In this document: in pieces, positions 40,896 through 50,649 of the stretch
How the letters are laid out: every line of letters begins with the position of its first letter
How positions within the stretch are numbered: position 1 is the stretch's first letter
Assembly (NCBI GenBank): GCA_963701855.1
Contig: CAVPBK010000006.1
Location: forward strand, 768,001 to 832,000
Reading direction: 5' to 3'
From: Nitrospirota bacterium
GTDB taxonomy: Bacteria; Nitrospirota; Nitrospiria; Nitrospirales; Nitrospiraceae
DNA length: 64,000 bases
The notes under the pieces: generated by a model
What the model saw: only the letters and a program-made list of their open reading frames with translations
Told to the model about the DNA's origin: nothing
The model's database searches: none
Translations under genes and position numbers: made by a program

Positions 40896-42512
40896 TTAGA
40901 ACCGTGCAATGGCTTGTAAATAGAAGATCGGAGAACGGTCTCCGGCAATAGTTCCCCCGGCCGGCGTGGGGCCGATGGGAAACCCGACATCGAATCGCAA
41001 CCTGGTTGAAAAATAGGGCAACTCTGTCTGCAAGCCGACACCAGTGCCGGTCAAGCTGCTGGAGGGCTGTTCGCCTGGCTGGGGATTGCGCAACAGCCCG
41101 GCACCATGGTCGATGAAGACTGCTGCTTGCGTCGAGCCAAGCACCGACGGGAAGAACGGGACGCGCGTTTCAGCCGAGACGGTATAGCCCTCGTCGACGA
41201 ACCGCTCGCCGAGCTGATAGCCTCGCACCGAATCCGGTCCACCCAACAGCATCTGTTCGATGACCACGACCGGCCCTGTCGTGGCTTGCCCATTCGCTCG
41301 TACGACCAGCAGCGCGCCGTGGCCGAGACTCTGAATGCGTCCGGTATACAGTGTCGCTTTCGTGAAACGATCGTCGGCCCCCTGTCTCGAGGTCTGTGGT
41401 GCGTTATTATCCATGCCGCCCAACATCTCGCCGAGCCCCTGGAAACCATACAGGGAGAAATAGGTTCGGCCAGACAGGTCGAGCCGATCGTAATTCACGC
41501 CGAGCTTGGCCAGACGGATTCCGTCATCACCAGTAAGACTGCCCAAAGTAAAGAGCCGACTGTCTTTCGACGCGAACCCGGCTTCGGCCATCAACGTCTG
41601 AAATCGCGTCTTGATGAAGGGGTGGGTCACAGAGATGTCGTACGTTTTGATGGTGCCGTGGATCTGTAATGCGGCCAACTCGGCCCCAACGTCGAATCGG
41701 CCATCGGAGCCTGAGAGGACCAACTTGGTTCCGTGAACTCCAATGGGAACGGCATAGGCTCCGATGAGGAACAACAAACGATCCGGATCTTGGCCCATGA
41801 TTCCGTTGAGGTTCAGTGTTGCGCCGTCGAACAGCACGTTGCCGACTTCGATACCGGCCCCGAAACGGTTTCGCGAGATCCGATTGAAGCCGTAGTTGTT
41901 GTAATCCAACGTGGCGTGAATCGGCAGCTTGTCTTCAGCTTTGACGTGCACATTCGTCGATCCAGTCGAGGCGCCCGGCTCCAGTAAAGCGGAGACCTTC
42001 AGGTTTGGATACTCGTTGAGCAGAAGCAGCGCACGCTCGAGCGCGACGTTCCGGACAACTTTATCCTCCATGGCTTGGGCGAACCTGCCGCGAATGAATT
42101 CGGTCGAATAATGCTGATTGCCGGTGACGAAGATTTCTCCGACTCGGCCTTCCAAAATTGCGATGGTGACCACGCCGAATCGGATTTGTTGTTGCGGCAC
42201 GTAGGTCGTCGCGAGCGTGTAACCTCTCTGTTTGTAGAGACCTGTGACGCTAGCCGCGACCTCCTCGAGTCCAGACAGGGTGAGTAAGCGGCCGACGCTA
42301 GGCTGAGTGAGCGCTTCCAGCTCGGCTTGCGATATCACCGTGTTTCCGGTGAAAGAAAATCCCTTCACCAGCAGGCTGTCGTTAGGGGCAGTTGGTTCGG
42401 CAAAGGTTGGTGACGAGAAGCCAAACAGACACGTACTGAGTAAGAGGATGAACCACCAGCCGATTCGTCGATGTCCTGGGTAAGGTATGTGGTCCATCCG
42501 TTGTCGCTTCAC
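40896..42512 (-). CDS. ShlB/FhaC/HecB-family TpsB outer-membrane transporter
   Basis: POTRA domains (FTGNTVIS, YKQRGY, LEGRVG), LGGPDSVRGY motif, C-terminal Phe. Confidence 0.95.
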   Translation of the reverse strand: MKRQRMDHIPYPGHRRIGWWFILLLSTCLFGFSSPTFAEPTAPNDSLLVKGFSFTGNTVISQAELEALTQPSVGRLLTLSGLEEVAASVTGLYKQRGYTLATTYVPQQQIRFGVVTIAILEGRVGEIFVTGNQHYSTEFIRGRFAQAMEDKVVRNVALERALLLLNEYPNLKVSALLEPGASTGSTNVHVKAEDKLPIHATLDYNNYGFNRISRNRFGAGIEVGNVLFDGATLNLNGIMGQDPDRLLFLIGAYAVPIGVHGTKLVLSGSDGRFDVGAELAALQIHGTIKTYDISVTHPFIKTRFQTLMAEAGFASKDSRLFTLGSLTGDDGIRLAKLGVNYDRLDLSGRTYFSLYGFQGLGEMLGGMDNNAPQTSRQGADDRFTKATLYTGRIQSLGHGALLVVRANGQATTGPVVVIEQMLLGGPDSVRGYQLGERFVDEGYTVSAETRVPFFPSVLGSTQAAVFIDHGAGLLRNPQPGEQPSSSLTGTGVGLQTELPYFSTRLRFDVGFPIGPTPAGGTIAGDRSPIFYLQAIARF

Positions 42513-42800
42513 TTTGCCATCAAGCTATGCCAAGATATTCAACAATTGACGCGCATCCACATTTCGCAATGAGGTCGCAAGCTTGTTGACGTGGATTTTG
42601 ATCTTGAGTCTTGCGTCGGCCTGGTCCGGCTGTGCGATTCACCCAAATCCTTCGTCGGAATCCCGTACGAAGGATTCGGTCGAGGGCCAGCCCCCTTCGG
42701 ACGTCGAAAACACAGAACCGCCAAGACGACCAGCAACAACCTGCCCACCAGGGATGCGTGGATCTTGCTAACTGTGTGATTTCAAGCAAGATGGGCGCGA

Positions 42801-42820
42801 CTAGGGTCATTTGACCCTAG
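42801..42820. promoter_or_regulatory. Perfect dyad, candidate operator
   Basis: CTAGGGTCA-TT-TGACCCTAG between the divergent tpsB and pyrE. Confidence 0.45.
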
Positions 42821-42918
42821 CGTGGAATAGAGAACAAGGCAATGAAATATCTGTTTTTATACGTAGTAGCCACGCGGCGAGGGATTCACCCTTCTACCGC
42901 TCTCTCTGACGATTGATC

Positions 42919-43497
42919 ATGACAATACGAGACGATCTCGCGAGCGCATTTCATGACACGCAGTCGTTCAAGTGGGATCCGATTAAAGGATTCACATTGG
43001 CGTCCGGTCAGACCAGTCCCTTCTACGTCGATTGTCGATCTTTAATGGCGCACCCGGGATCACGCCGTCTTGTGGCCCACCTCGCATACGAATCATTGCG
43101 GCTAGTCGAGCTCGACTGCCTTGGTGGACTGGAAATCGGAGCGATTTCCATTGCCACCAGCATCTCGGATTTTGCGTTCGTGGCCCAACCTCCACGAACG
43201 TGGCGGACCTTTGTGGTGCGGAAGCAGGCGAAGGATCATGGGCTCGGAAAACTTATCGAAGGATCGTTTCAGCCAGGGGACCGCGCTGTGATCGTGGATG
43301 ATGTGCTCACAAGCGGAGGCTCGCTTCTCAAGGCTGTTTCAGCTGCCAGGGGCGCCGGCCTAACTGTGACGCATGCCTTGGTGATCGTGGATCGGAAGGA
43401 GCAGGATGGGCGGCACAAGGTTGAAGCTGAAGGGCTGACGTTGGTGAGCCTGCTGACCATTGACGACCTGACCAGTGCGCAACCAACCCTCTCGTAA
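42919..43497 (+). CDS. pyrE: Orotate phosphoribosyltransferase
   Basis: FTLASGQTSPFYVDCR, VRKQAKDHG, IVDDVLTSGGS. Confidence 0.95.
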   Translation: MTIRDDLASAFHDTQSFKWDPIKGFTLASGQTSPFYVDCRSLMAHPGSRRLVAHLAYESLRLVELDCLGGLEIGAISIATSISDFAFVAQPPRTWRTFVVRKQAKDHGLGKLIEGSFQPGDRAVIVDDVLTSGGSLLKAVSAARGAGLTVTHALVIVDRKEQDGRHKVEAEGLTLVSLLTIDDLTSAQPTLS

Positions 43498-43515
43498 ATT
43501 TCAGCAGAGATTGTT

Positions 43516-43827
43516 TCACTTACATTGAAATTGAATGCCCCATCGGCGCTCCGGTATGGCTTCCTGCGCGCCTTCTACTGGGCTGACAATGCGGGTTCGT
43601 CCTTTGGTTTCCCCCTCTTGTATTATGGTATAGGGGCCATCGCATTTCTCCTTCATGAGGGCGAGGGCGTTTGTGCGAAACGGGGACAGCATCGGTCCCT
43701 GCTCTCCTATGAAGGGATAAACAACCACCCCTCCGTCTTCCCTCTCCTGAAGCAGTTTTGCCCCCTCTCCACAGCCAGCCAAGGTAATGAAGAAAAAGAG
43801 GACGGCGAGGCTTGACCAGATCTTCAT
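43516..43827 (-). CDS. Hypothetical lipoprotein
   Basis: MKIW...ITLAGC lipobox. Confidence 0.65.
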   Translation of the reverse strand: MKIWSSLAVLFFFITLAGCGEGAKLLQEREDGGVVVYPFIGEQGPMLSPFRTNALALMKEKCDGPYTIIQEGETKGRTRIVSPVEGAQEAIPERRWGIQFQCK

Positions 43828-43906
43828 ATGTTCCATATCATACTCATGAGAGTGATTCTCAGTCGAATGATTCACCGCTCTGTTTTTCTGCTGAAAAGAG
43901 GCAACC

Positions 43907-44332
43907 ATGGCTTTGCGCATTGTCGCCGTAATTCTCGGTCTGTTTCTGCTGTCTGCGATTTCAATCAGTGGTGTATCAGCCCATCATTCCTACTTGCTCA
44001 CAGTCCAGCAATTACGTGCTGGATTGACTAAGGCGCCTTCGATGCCGCAGAAGGGTTTCATCCTGATCGATGTCCGAACTGCGGAAGAACATACAGCAGG
44101 ATTCATTCCCGGAACCGATCTGAACATCGACTTCAGGGAAATTCAAGCTCGGCATCGAGAGATCGGAGCCAATCTGGATGACCATCTGGTGGTCTATTGC
44201 CAGTCTGGACATCGCAGCAACATTGCGGCAGAAACACTCGCCGATTTGGGCTACCGTCATGTCTATAACGTCAGCGGCAGCATGAGTGCCTGGCTTGCAG
44301 CAGGCTTTCCGGTTGAATCGGGGCGCCGATGA
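43907..44332 (+). CDS. Periplasmic rhodanese-domain protein
   Basis: Signal peptide; LIDVRT.EE, VVYCQSGHRS, GSMSAW. Confidence 0.92.
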   Translation: MALRIVAVILGLFLLSAISISGVSAHHSYLLTVQQLRAGLTKAPSMPQKGFILIDVRTAEEHTAGFIPGTDLNIDFREIQARHREIGANLDDHLVVYCQSGHRSNIAAETLADLGYRHVYNVSGSMSAWLAAGFPVESGRR

Positions 44333-44444
44333 AAGAGTCCGCAGCCTTTTCAGGCGGTTAAGTCTCGGGTCGAGGCTGAGATCTAAAAAGTCTGACGTTC
44401 ACTCAATCTTGAACTTGAGATCAGCCTACACTGTCTCAACACAC

Positions 44445-45344
44445 TCACTTATCCACGGTCTTGGCACCGGCTTGGTCCCGTCGTGGACTGATCCCGATCA
44501 CGGCTGGTAGTCCGATGTGAGTTGCGATGCTGTCTTCTAATAGGTGTGACCAGCTGTGTAACCCGGCCATTTTAGTCGTAGCTTGTTGGAGCAAGGGGCT
44601 GACGGCGATGTCGGAAGAGGATCCTCCGTCCATGGCCATGACCTGGCGTAGGGAGGGAAAGACGTCCCGCAGACATTTTCCAAGAGCATGGAGTGACACC
44701 ACTTCCGTGGTCTTGAGGACGAAAAGATGTCCATTCATGTGTTCTGCGACAAGAGTCTGATGTGCGCGTTTCCCGGTTTGGCGCACACGGATTTTCCCGG
44801 TCCGGTCAAGGAGCATAAGCGATTGCGCAACTTCTCGATAGGGAACATGCTGCTCATCGAAGGTATCAAAGATCAAATCCAAAACCCGCGCGTGCTGTGA
44901 ACGATCCTCCGCCGGTTCCGCCACAAACAATCCCAGCCAGGTCGCATGCCGCTTACTCCCAAGCGAACGGCCGTTTCCATAGAGCAGCCCTAGATAGGCA
45001 TAATTCTCGCGGAAAAGCCCGGCATTGAATACTAAATCATGGCCGGTTCGTTCTTGCCATTGGCCAATATCGAGCGGTTCTGAGAAGCCATCTTGTTGGT
45101 AGTAGTGCACGGTAAAGCGATAGCGATCGGGGTCGATTTCGACGGCAACCAGCGGCGCGACGTCTGGGCACTGCGTGTGAGGATTCCAGACTGAAATGGA
45201 TAAACCATTTCCGAGTTGGTCCCCCGTAAGGGTCTGAGCCGTCGTCGTCAAAGGTCCGCCGAATATGACGAAGATGATACCCAGGAGAAATCTGGCGGCA
45301 GAGGTGAAAGATAGAGACCAGTGGAAGCTGTTGTCCCGCATCAT
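44445..45344 (-). CDS. Phosphodiester glycosidase (NAGPA-like) family protein; start uncertain
   Basis: VFNAGLF and AMDGGSSS motifs; N-terminal hydrophobic segment. Confidence 0.7.
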   Translation of the reverse strand: MMRDNSFHWSLSFTSAARFLLGIIFVIFGGPLTTTAQTLTGDQLGNGLSISVWNPHTQCPDVAPLVAVEIDPDRYRFTVHYYQQDGFSEPLDIGQWQERTGHDLVFNAGLFRENYAYLGLLYGNGRSLGSKRHATWLGLFVAEPAEDRSQHARVLDLIFDTFDEQHVPYREVAQSLMLLDRTGKIRVRQTGKRAHQTLVAEHMNGHLFVLKTTEVVSLHALGKCLRDVFPSLRQVMAMDGGSSSDIAVSPLLQQATTKMAGLHSWSHLLEDSIATHIGLPAVIGISPRRDQAGAKTVDK

Positions 45345-45436
45345 CGTGTCTCTGGATCGAATAACGTGAGAACCGATATGGAGCGTCAAATCGTTCGAGA
45401 GGAAAGGGCATCGGATTCGATGCAAGTCTCGCATGG

Positions 45437-47059
45437 TCAATGCAGGGCTTTCGAAGATGTCGATGGGGAGGCGCCGGCCCTGTTCGATGGCACATTGGCA
45501 TCAAGCAAATTGCGGACTGCCCGGGCAAGCGCCTCAGGAGTGAAGGGTTTTTGCAAGAAACTGCTCGTTCCTTCTTCTAGTCCAGCCATGATACTGACGT
45601 CATCCATATACCCCGATATGAATAGGGTTCGTAAATCTGGATAGATTACGGAAAGATGCTGTGCCAGTTCCCGGCCGGCCATGCCGGGCATGACGACGTC
45701 GGTCAGAAGAAGCTGAAAGGATCCTGCTTGTTGCGTCGCCAGCAAGCAGGCTTCGATCCCGTTCTTGGCTTCTAGGATCCGATAGCCCAGCTTTCGCAGT
45801 TCGTCTCGCATGAGCACCCGTACGCTTTGTTCATCTTCCACCAAGAGAATCGTTTCCGTACCTCTCTGCGGCTGTCCCAAGGGCTGGGGCGGCGCGGTGG
45901 AGATGACCTCGGACTCGACTCTCGGAAAATACAGGTCGAAGCGCGTGCCGTGGCCTACTCGGCTTTTGACGTCGATGGCGCCACCGCACTGTGTGACAAT
46001 CCCAAATACCGTGGAGAGCCCCAGACCGCTGCCCTTCCCCTCTTCCTTCGTAGTGAAAAATGGTTCGAAGATATGGGATTGGGTCTTGCGGTCCATGCCG
46101 CAGCCAGTATCGCTGACGGCCAACCGGACATAGGGGCCAGGTAGTAACGGGGTGAGGTAGTAGACCGGACTACGGGTCAATTCGACCTGAGCCGTTTCGA
46201 TCGTGAGCGTTCCACCCTTCGGCATGGCATCCCGCGCGTTGACGACAAGATTGACCAGAACCTGCTCAAGTTGGGCTTGGTCGGCACGCAGCCGCCCATT
46301 CGTCTGATCGAGTTTACTGACGAGCCGAATGTCGTCGCCGATGAGGCGGCGCAGCATGGTTTCCAAACTCATGACAGCGGTATTGAGTGACAGAGTTCTC
46401 GGGTCCAGCGATTGTTTACTACTGAACGTGAGTAGTTGCCGAATCAACGTCGCGGCCCGTTCGCCGGCCTTCAGTGTTTCTTCGATCTTTCCGCGAAGGG
46501 GGTGCAGCGGGCCGAGTTCTGTCAAGAGAACTTGACTGTAGCCCATGATGACAGTCAGGAGATTATTGAAGTCATGCGCAATCCCTCCGGCCAACCGGCC
46601 AACTGCTTCCATCTTCTGGGACTGCCTAAACTGTTTCTCGCTCTGCCGAAGAGCCTCTTCTGCCCGCTTCCGTTCGGCTTGGTTATCAAGTTCACGCAGT
46701 GCGCGCTGGACCGAGGGCACCAATCGTCCGAGCCGTTGCTTGAGCACATAGTCCGTCGCGCCTTGATGCATGGCATCGATAGCCAGTTCCTCTCCGATGG
46801 TGGCAGAGACAAAAAGGAAGGGTACATCAGGGCAGTGCTGACGTGCCAAGGTGAGCGCCGTCATCCCGTCGAATCCCGGAATCGAATAGTCCGCCAGGAT
46901 CAGATCCATCCGGCCTTCCTTGAGTGCCGCTACAAATGCCTGACGCGTGTCGACGAGTTGCGACTGGCAGGGGATCCCGCCCTCGATCAAGGTGGTCGTA
47001 ATGAGTTCCGCGTCGACCGGATCGTCCTCGAGGTGGAGCAGGCGGAGTGGGGGTTTCAC
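45437..47059 (-). CDS. Hybrid sensor kinase REC-HisKA-HATPase-REC
   Basis: LEDD/DYSIP; GRLAGGIAHDFNNLL; NARDAM; GSGLGL; C-terminal REC. Confidence 0.95.
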   Translation of the reverse strand: MKPPLRLLHLEDDPVDAELITTTLIEGGIPCQSQLVDTRQAFVAALKEGRMDLILADYSIPGFDGMTALTLARQHCPDVPFLFVSATIGEELAIDAMHQGATDYVLKQRLGRLVPSVQRALRELDNQAERKRAEEALRQSEKQFRQSQKMEAVGRLAGGIAHDFNNLLTVIMGYSQVLLTELGPLHPLRGKIEETLKAGERAATLIRQLLTFSSKQSLDPRTLSLNTAVMSLETMLRRLIGDDIRLVSKLDQTNGRLRADQAQLEQVLVNLVVNARDAMPKGGTLTIETAQVELTRSPVYYLTPLLPGPYVRLAVSDTGCGMDRKTQSHIFEPFFTTKEEGKGSGLGLSTVFGIVTQCGGAIDVKSRVGHGTRFDLYFPRVESEVISTAPPQPLGQPQRGTETILLVEDEQSVRVLMRDELRKLGYRILEAKNGIEACLLATQQAGSFQLLLTDVVMPGMAGRELAQHLSVIYPDLRTLFISGYMDDVSIMAGLEEGTSSFLQKPFTPEALARAVRNLLDANVPSNRAGASPSTSSKALH

Positions 47060-47538
47060 AGATCCTTTGTGGAAAGACTATTCGTTTCGTTCGGGTCAGA
47101 GCCTTCGGGGGGCGGTTCGTTAATCACACCCCAAAATACACCAAGTTCTTTCACGGCCGTGATGAACTGCTGAAACTCAACCGGCTTTACCACGTAGGCG
47201 TTAGCGCCCAACGCATAGCTTTGGGCCAAATCACGCTCCTCGCGCGAAGACGTGAGCATGACGACGGGAATCGGTTTCAAGTTTACATCGTTTTTAATGG
47301 TTTTTAAGACCTCGAGCCCGTCGACTTTTGGCATCTTGAGATCCAGAAATACGACCACGGGATTGCCCTGCTGCCTGGAAGCAAAGACTCCGCGGCAATA
47401 GAGGTAGTCGAGGACTTCAGCTCCGTCATGGCAGACCACTACTTTGTCGGCAATGTGATGCTCTTCCATGGCGGCCAGCGCAAGCTCAGCGTCACGCGGA
47501 TTATCTTCAGCAAGCAGGATGGGCTTGACCGTGGTCAT
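47056..47538 (-). CDS. Single-domain response regulator (Rcp1-like)
   Basis: ILLAEDNPRD, FLDLKMPKVDG, MLTSS, GANAYVVKP. Start corrected to MTTVKP. Confidence 0.93.
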   Translation of the reverse strand: MTTVKPILLAEDNPRDAELALAAMEEHHIADKVVVCHDGAEVLDYLYCRGVFASRQQGNPVVVFLDLKMPKVDGLEVLKTIKNDVNLKPIPVVMLTSSREERDLAQSYALGANAYVVKPVEFQQFITAVKELGVFWGVINEPPPEGSDPNETNSLSTKDL

Positions 47539-49019
47539 CTGAGAGACCTCGCGAGCGGGAGCGAAAAGTAGAAGGTGGCCCCTTGGTCCAACGCCCCTTC
47601 GGCCCAAGTCTTCCCACCATGCCGATGGATGATCCGGCGCACATTGGCGAGACCAATGCCGGTGCCTTCAAATTCGTCACTCCGATGGAGGCGTTGAAAT
47701 ACGCCGAACAACTTGTCCACATATTGCATATCGAACCCTACCCCATTATCACGCACGAATACCTCGGCTTCAACAGAGTTCCGTATGACGGCGCCGATCT
47801 CGATCTTGGTCTCCGGCCTCGTGGCTGTAAATTTCAGCGCATTGGAGATCAGATTCGCGAAAACTTGGCGCAACATGGCCGGATCTCCTGACACGCTAGG
47901 TAGTGGGTGCATTGTCCAGGAGATTGTCCGCCCTTGCAAGTCAAGACGTAAATCGTGAAGGACTGTCTTGACGAGTTGATCCAGGTTGACCGTCGTGCGG
48001 AGCATATCCTGGCGACCCATGCGGGAAAAGACGAGCAGGTCGTCGATCAGTTGTCCCATCTGCTTCGCGGAACTTGAAATCGTCTGCAGATAGCGGCGGG
48101 CTTTGTCGTTGAGCGTCTCACCGGCCACCTTGGACAACAGTGCCGCATACCCATCGATATGACGAAGCGGGGCACGCAGGTCGTGCGACACGGAATAGCT
48201 GAACGCTTCTAATTCTTTATTGGAAGCCTCAAGCAACTCGCCACGGGTCTGCAACTCCGCGGCCACGCGGCGTCGCTCCGTGACATCGTGATGGATCAGA
48301 AAGTACACGGATCCCAAGAGAACCAATTGCAGGAGCGCACCGAGGCCAAGCAAGGCAATTGTATTATTCGTGCTTCCAGCGGATTGAGTCACGCGGGCAT
48401 GAATCGCTCGTTGTTCAGCAGAGTCGAGTTCCGTCATTAGGCTATGGATTCCCGCGAGCTCGTTCTTTGCCGCTCCGGAGAGCGCGAGATGGCGGACACC
48501 TTCATAGCCAAGCTTCTCACGCTGGGTGATGGCTTCCGCCTCTGCACCCAATTGCCTGGCGATGAGCCGTTCGAGTGTCTCCACACGATCCCGTTGTTCA
48601 ATTCCCTCGTTTGTCAGGCCTCTGAGATACCGAAGGTATTCGGGCATTCGTTCAACAGCGGTCAGGTAGGATGTGAGGTACGACTCATCGCCGGTGACGA
48701 GATAGCGCCGATGGCCGCTTTCAGCTGCGTCAAGAGCTTCTCCGACTGAATTAAGAAGTTGTAGCAATTCGTGGCTTTTGGTATCGAGCCGGTTATTCTC
48801 GATCAAGACAGCGGTGTTGCGGTAGGAGATGGCGCTGATGACCACAATGCAGGCAAAGACAAGTCCAAATCCAGCAAGGACGCGTCGTTCGATCGACCAA
48901 TGGATGAACCATCCCCTGAGCCCGCCGGTCTCGGGAGTCGGCGCCGGTCTGGTGTCGGGAACCGGTTCAGATCGAACGGATAAGGGCGTGGCTGGATGTT
49001 CCTGGGTGATGGATTCCAT
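47535..49019 (-). CDS. CHASE3-domain sensor histidine kinase
   Basis: Two TMs flanking AESGHRRYLVTGDESYL; FSYSVSHDLRAPLR; DNGVGF; GTGIGL. Confidence 0.94.
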   Translation of the reverse strand: MESITQEHPATPLSVRSEPVPDTRPAPTPETGGLRGWFIHWSIERRVLAGFGLVFACIVVISAISYRNTAVLIENNRLDTKSHELLQLLNSVGEALDAAESGHRRYLVTGDESYLTSYLTAVERMPEYLRYLRGLTNEGIEQRDRVETLERLIARQLGAEAEAITQREKLGYEGVRHLALSGAAKNELAGIHSLMTELDSAEQRAIHARVTQSAGSTNNTIALLGLGALLQLVLLGSVYFLIHHDVTERRRVAAELQTRGELLEASNKELEAFSYSVSHDLRAPLRHIDGYAALLSKVAGETLNDKARRYLQTISSSAKQMGQLIDDLLVFSRMGRQDMLRTTVNLDQLVKTVLHDLRLDLQGRTISWTMHPLPSVSGDPAMLRQVFANLISNALKFTATRPETKIEIGAVIRNSVEAEVFVRDNGVGFDMQYVDKLFGVFQRLHRSDEFEGTGIGLANVRRIIHRHGGKTWAEGALDQGATFYFSLPLARSLR

Positions 49020-49146
49020 GGTTCAAAGACGCACGGGCGTGGGGAGATAAGCCAATGTCGTAGAAACTGTACCCTCCTCCAGAAGACCCTGCAAGAAATA
49101 TTTTAGCAGAATGCTCGCCGGACGCTGGGGAACTGTCCCCGGAGCC

Positions 49147-50649
49147 TTAGCCGCCGAACGGGGCGACGGTAGGGGGAACGGGAAGGGCTGCGGTTGGATC
49201 AGCCACATTTGAAAATACCAAAATGGCCGAGACAACCCAATCGGTGACGGGCTGTGGATAGATGCCGATCGCGAGGGTGCCGGCGAGACAGACGTAGACC
49301 ACCGCTTTGATCGGGCCCGATACTTTAAGAGGTGACCGGTCATGGGGCTCACTCACGTACATCTTCTTCACGACGATGAGGTAGTAGTACATGGAAATGA
49401 CGATGTTGATGAGCCCGACAGTGATGAGTATGTAGAGCCCTTCTTTTATGGCCGCGACAAAGATGTACAATTTGCCGATGAAGCCGGCCAGCGGAGGCAC
49501 CCCAGCCAGAGACAAGAGAAAAATCAGCATAGAAAAGGCGAGAAAAGGCGACCGACGGCCCAGGCCGCTGTAGTCCTCGATTTCCTCACTGCCGATAGCT
49601 TCGCTGACAGCGATGACAATGGCGAATGCGCCGAGATTGGCGAACAGATAAGCCACGAGGTAGAACAACATCGCGTCGCTGCCCATCTTCGTACCAGTCG
49701 CAAGACCGATCAGCACGTTGCCGATCTGGGCAATACCGGAATAGGCCAAGAGCCGTTTCATGTTCTTTTGGGCAATGGCCACGATGTTGCCGTAGGTCAT
49801 GGACAGGATGGACACAGCGACAATCAGCAGGACCCAGACCGGCTTAAAGGTTGTCAAGGCAACGAGGAACATTCTCAGAAGAATGGCAAGGGCCGCTCCC
49901 TTTGGTGCGATCGAGAGGAACGCCGTCACCGGTGTCGGCGATCCATGATAGGTGTCTGGAATCCATGAGTGGAAAGGCACGGCGCCGATTTTGAATCCTA
50001 GTGCGGCAAAAATTAGCAGGAAGCCAATGGCCAATCCAGGTGTGGCCTGTGCCGCCTTCATATCGGAAAACACCAGTTTGCCAGTTTCTCCATAGACCAA
50101 ACTGATGCCATAGACGAGCAGAGCGGCGGCGAAGATGCCCAAGATAAAAAACTTGATTCCCGCTTCGTTCGAAGCCGTGTCCTCGCGGAGATACGCCACG
50201 AGGACATAGAAGCCAAGGGTGGAAAACTCCAAGGTGACGAAAACCGACAGCAGATCGTTCGCGGAAGCCATAAACATCATTCCGAGAGCCGACATGACGA
50301 TCAGGGAATAATACTCTCCGCGGAAATACTTGAATCGATGGATGAAATCAACGGAGGCCAGAATGACGAGGATCGTCGATCCGATGATGAACATTTTGAA
50401 GAACAGGGCCATCCGGTCGAGCGCAAACATGTTCGCAAAGAGAGTCCCGGTGATACCGGAGATATCGAACCAGACCAGGCAACCCAGGGTAGCGACAAGC
50501 CCCGCGATGCTGAAGTAGGCTAATTGTTCGTTGGGCAGCCTAGGAAACGAGAAATCAATGATCAGAATGAGACATAACCAGGACGTGAGCAGGATCTCCG
50601 GTAACAGCAATAGGAGATCGGAGGGAGACATTGTAAACGCGAAGGTCAT
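49147..50649 (-). CDS. nuoN: NADH-quinone oxidoreductase subunit N
   Basis: EAGIKFF, FKIGAVPFHSWIPDTY, KRLLAYS, SLAGVPPLAGF. Confidence 0.96.
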   Translation of the reverse strand: MTFAFTMSPSDLLLLLPEILLTSWLCLILIIDFSFPRLPNEQLAYFSIAGLVATLGCLVWFDISGITGTLFANMFALDRMALFFKMFIIGSTILVILASVDFIHRFKYFRGEYYSLIVMSALGMMFMASANDLLSVFVTLEFSTLGFYVLVAYLREDTASNEAGIKFFILGIFAAALLVYGISLVYGETGKLVFSDMKAAQATPGLAIGFLLIFAALGFKIGAVPFHSWIPDTYHGSPTPVTAFLSIAPKGAALAILLRMFLVALTTFKPVWVLLIVAVSILSMTYGNIVAIAQKNMKRLLAYSGIAQIGNVLIGLATGTKMGSDAMLFYLVAYLFANLGAFAIVIAVSEAIGSEEIEDYSGLGRRSPFLAFSMLIFLLSLAGVPPLAGFIGKLYIFVAAIKEGLYILITVGLINIVISMYYYLIVVKKMYVSEPHDRSPLKVSGPIKAVVYVCLAGTLAIGIYPQPVTDWVVSAILVFSNVADPTAALPVPPTVAPFGG

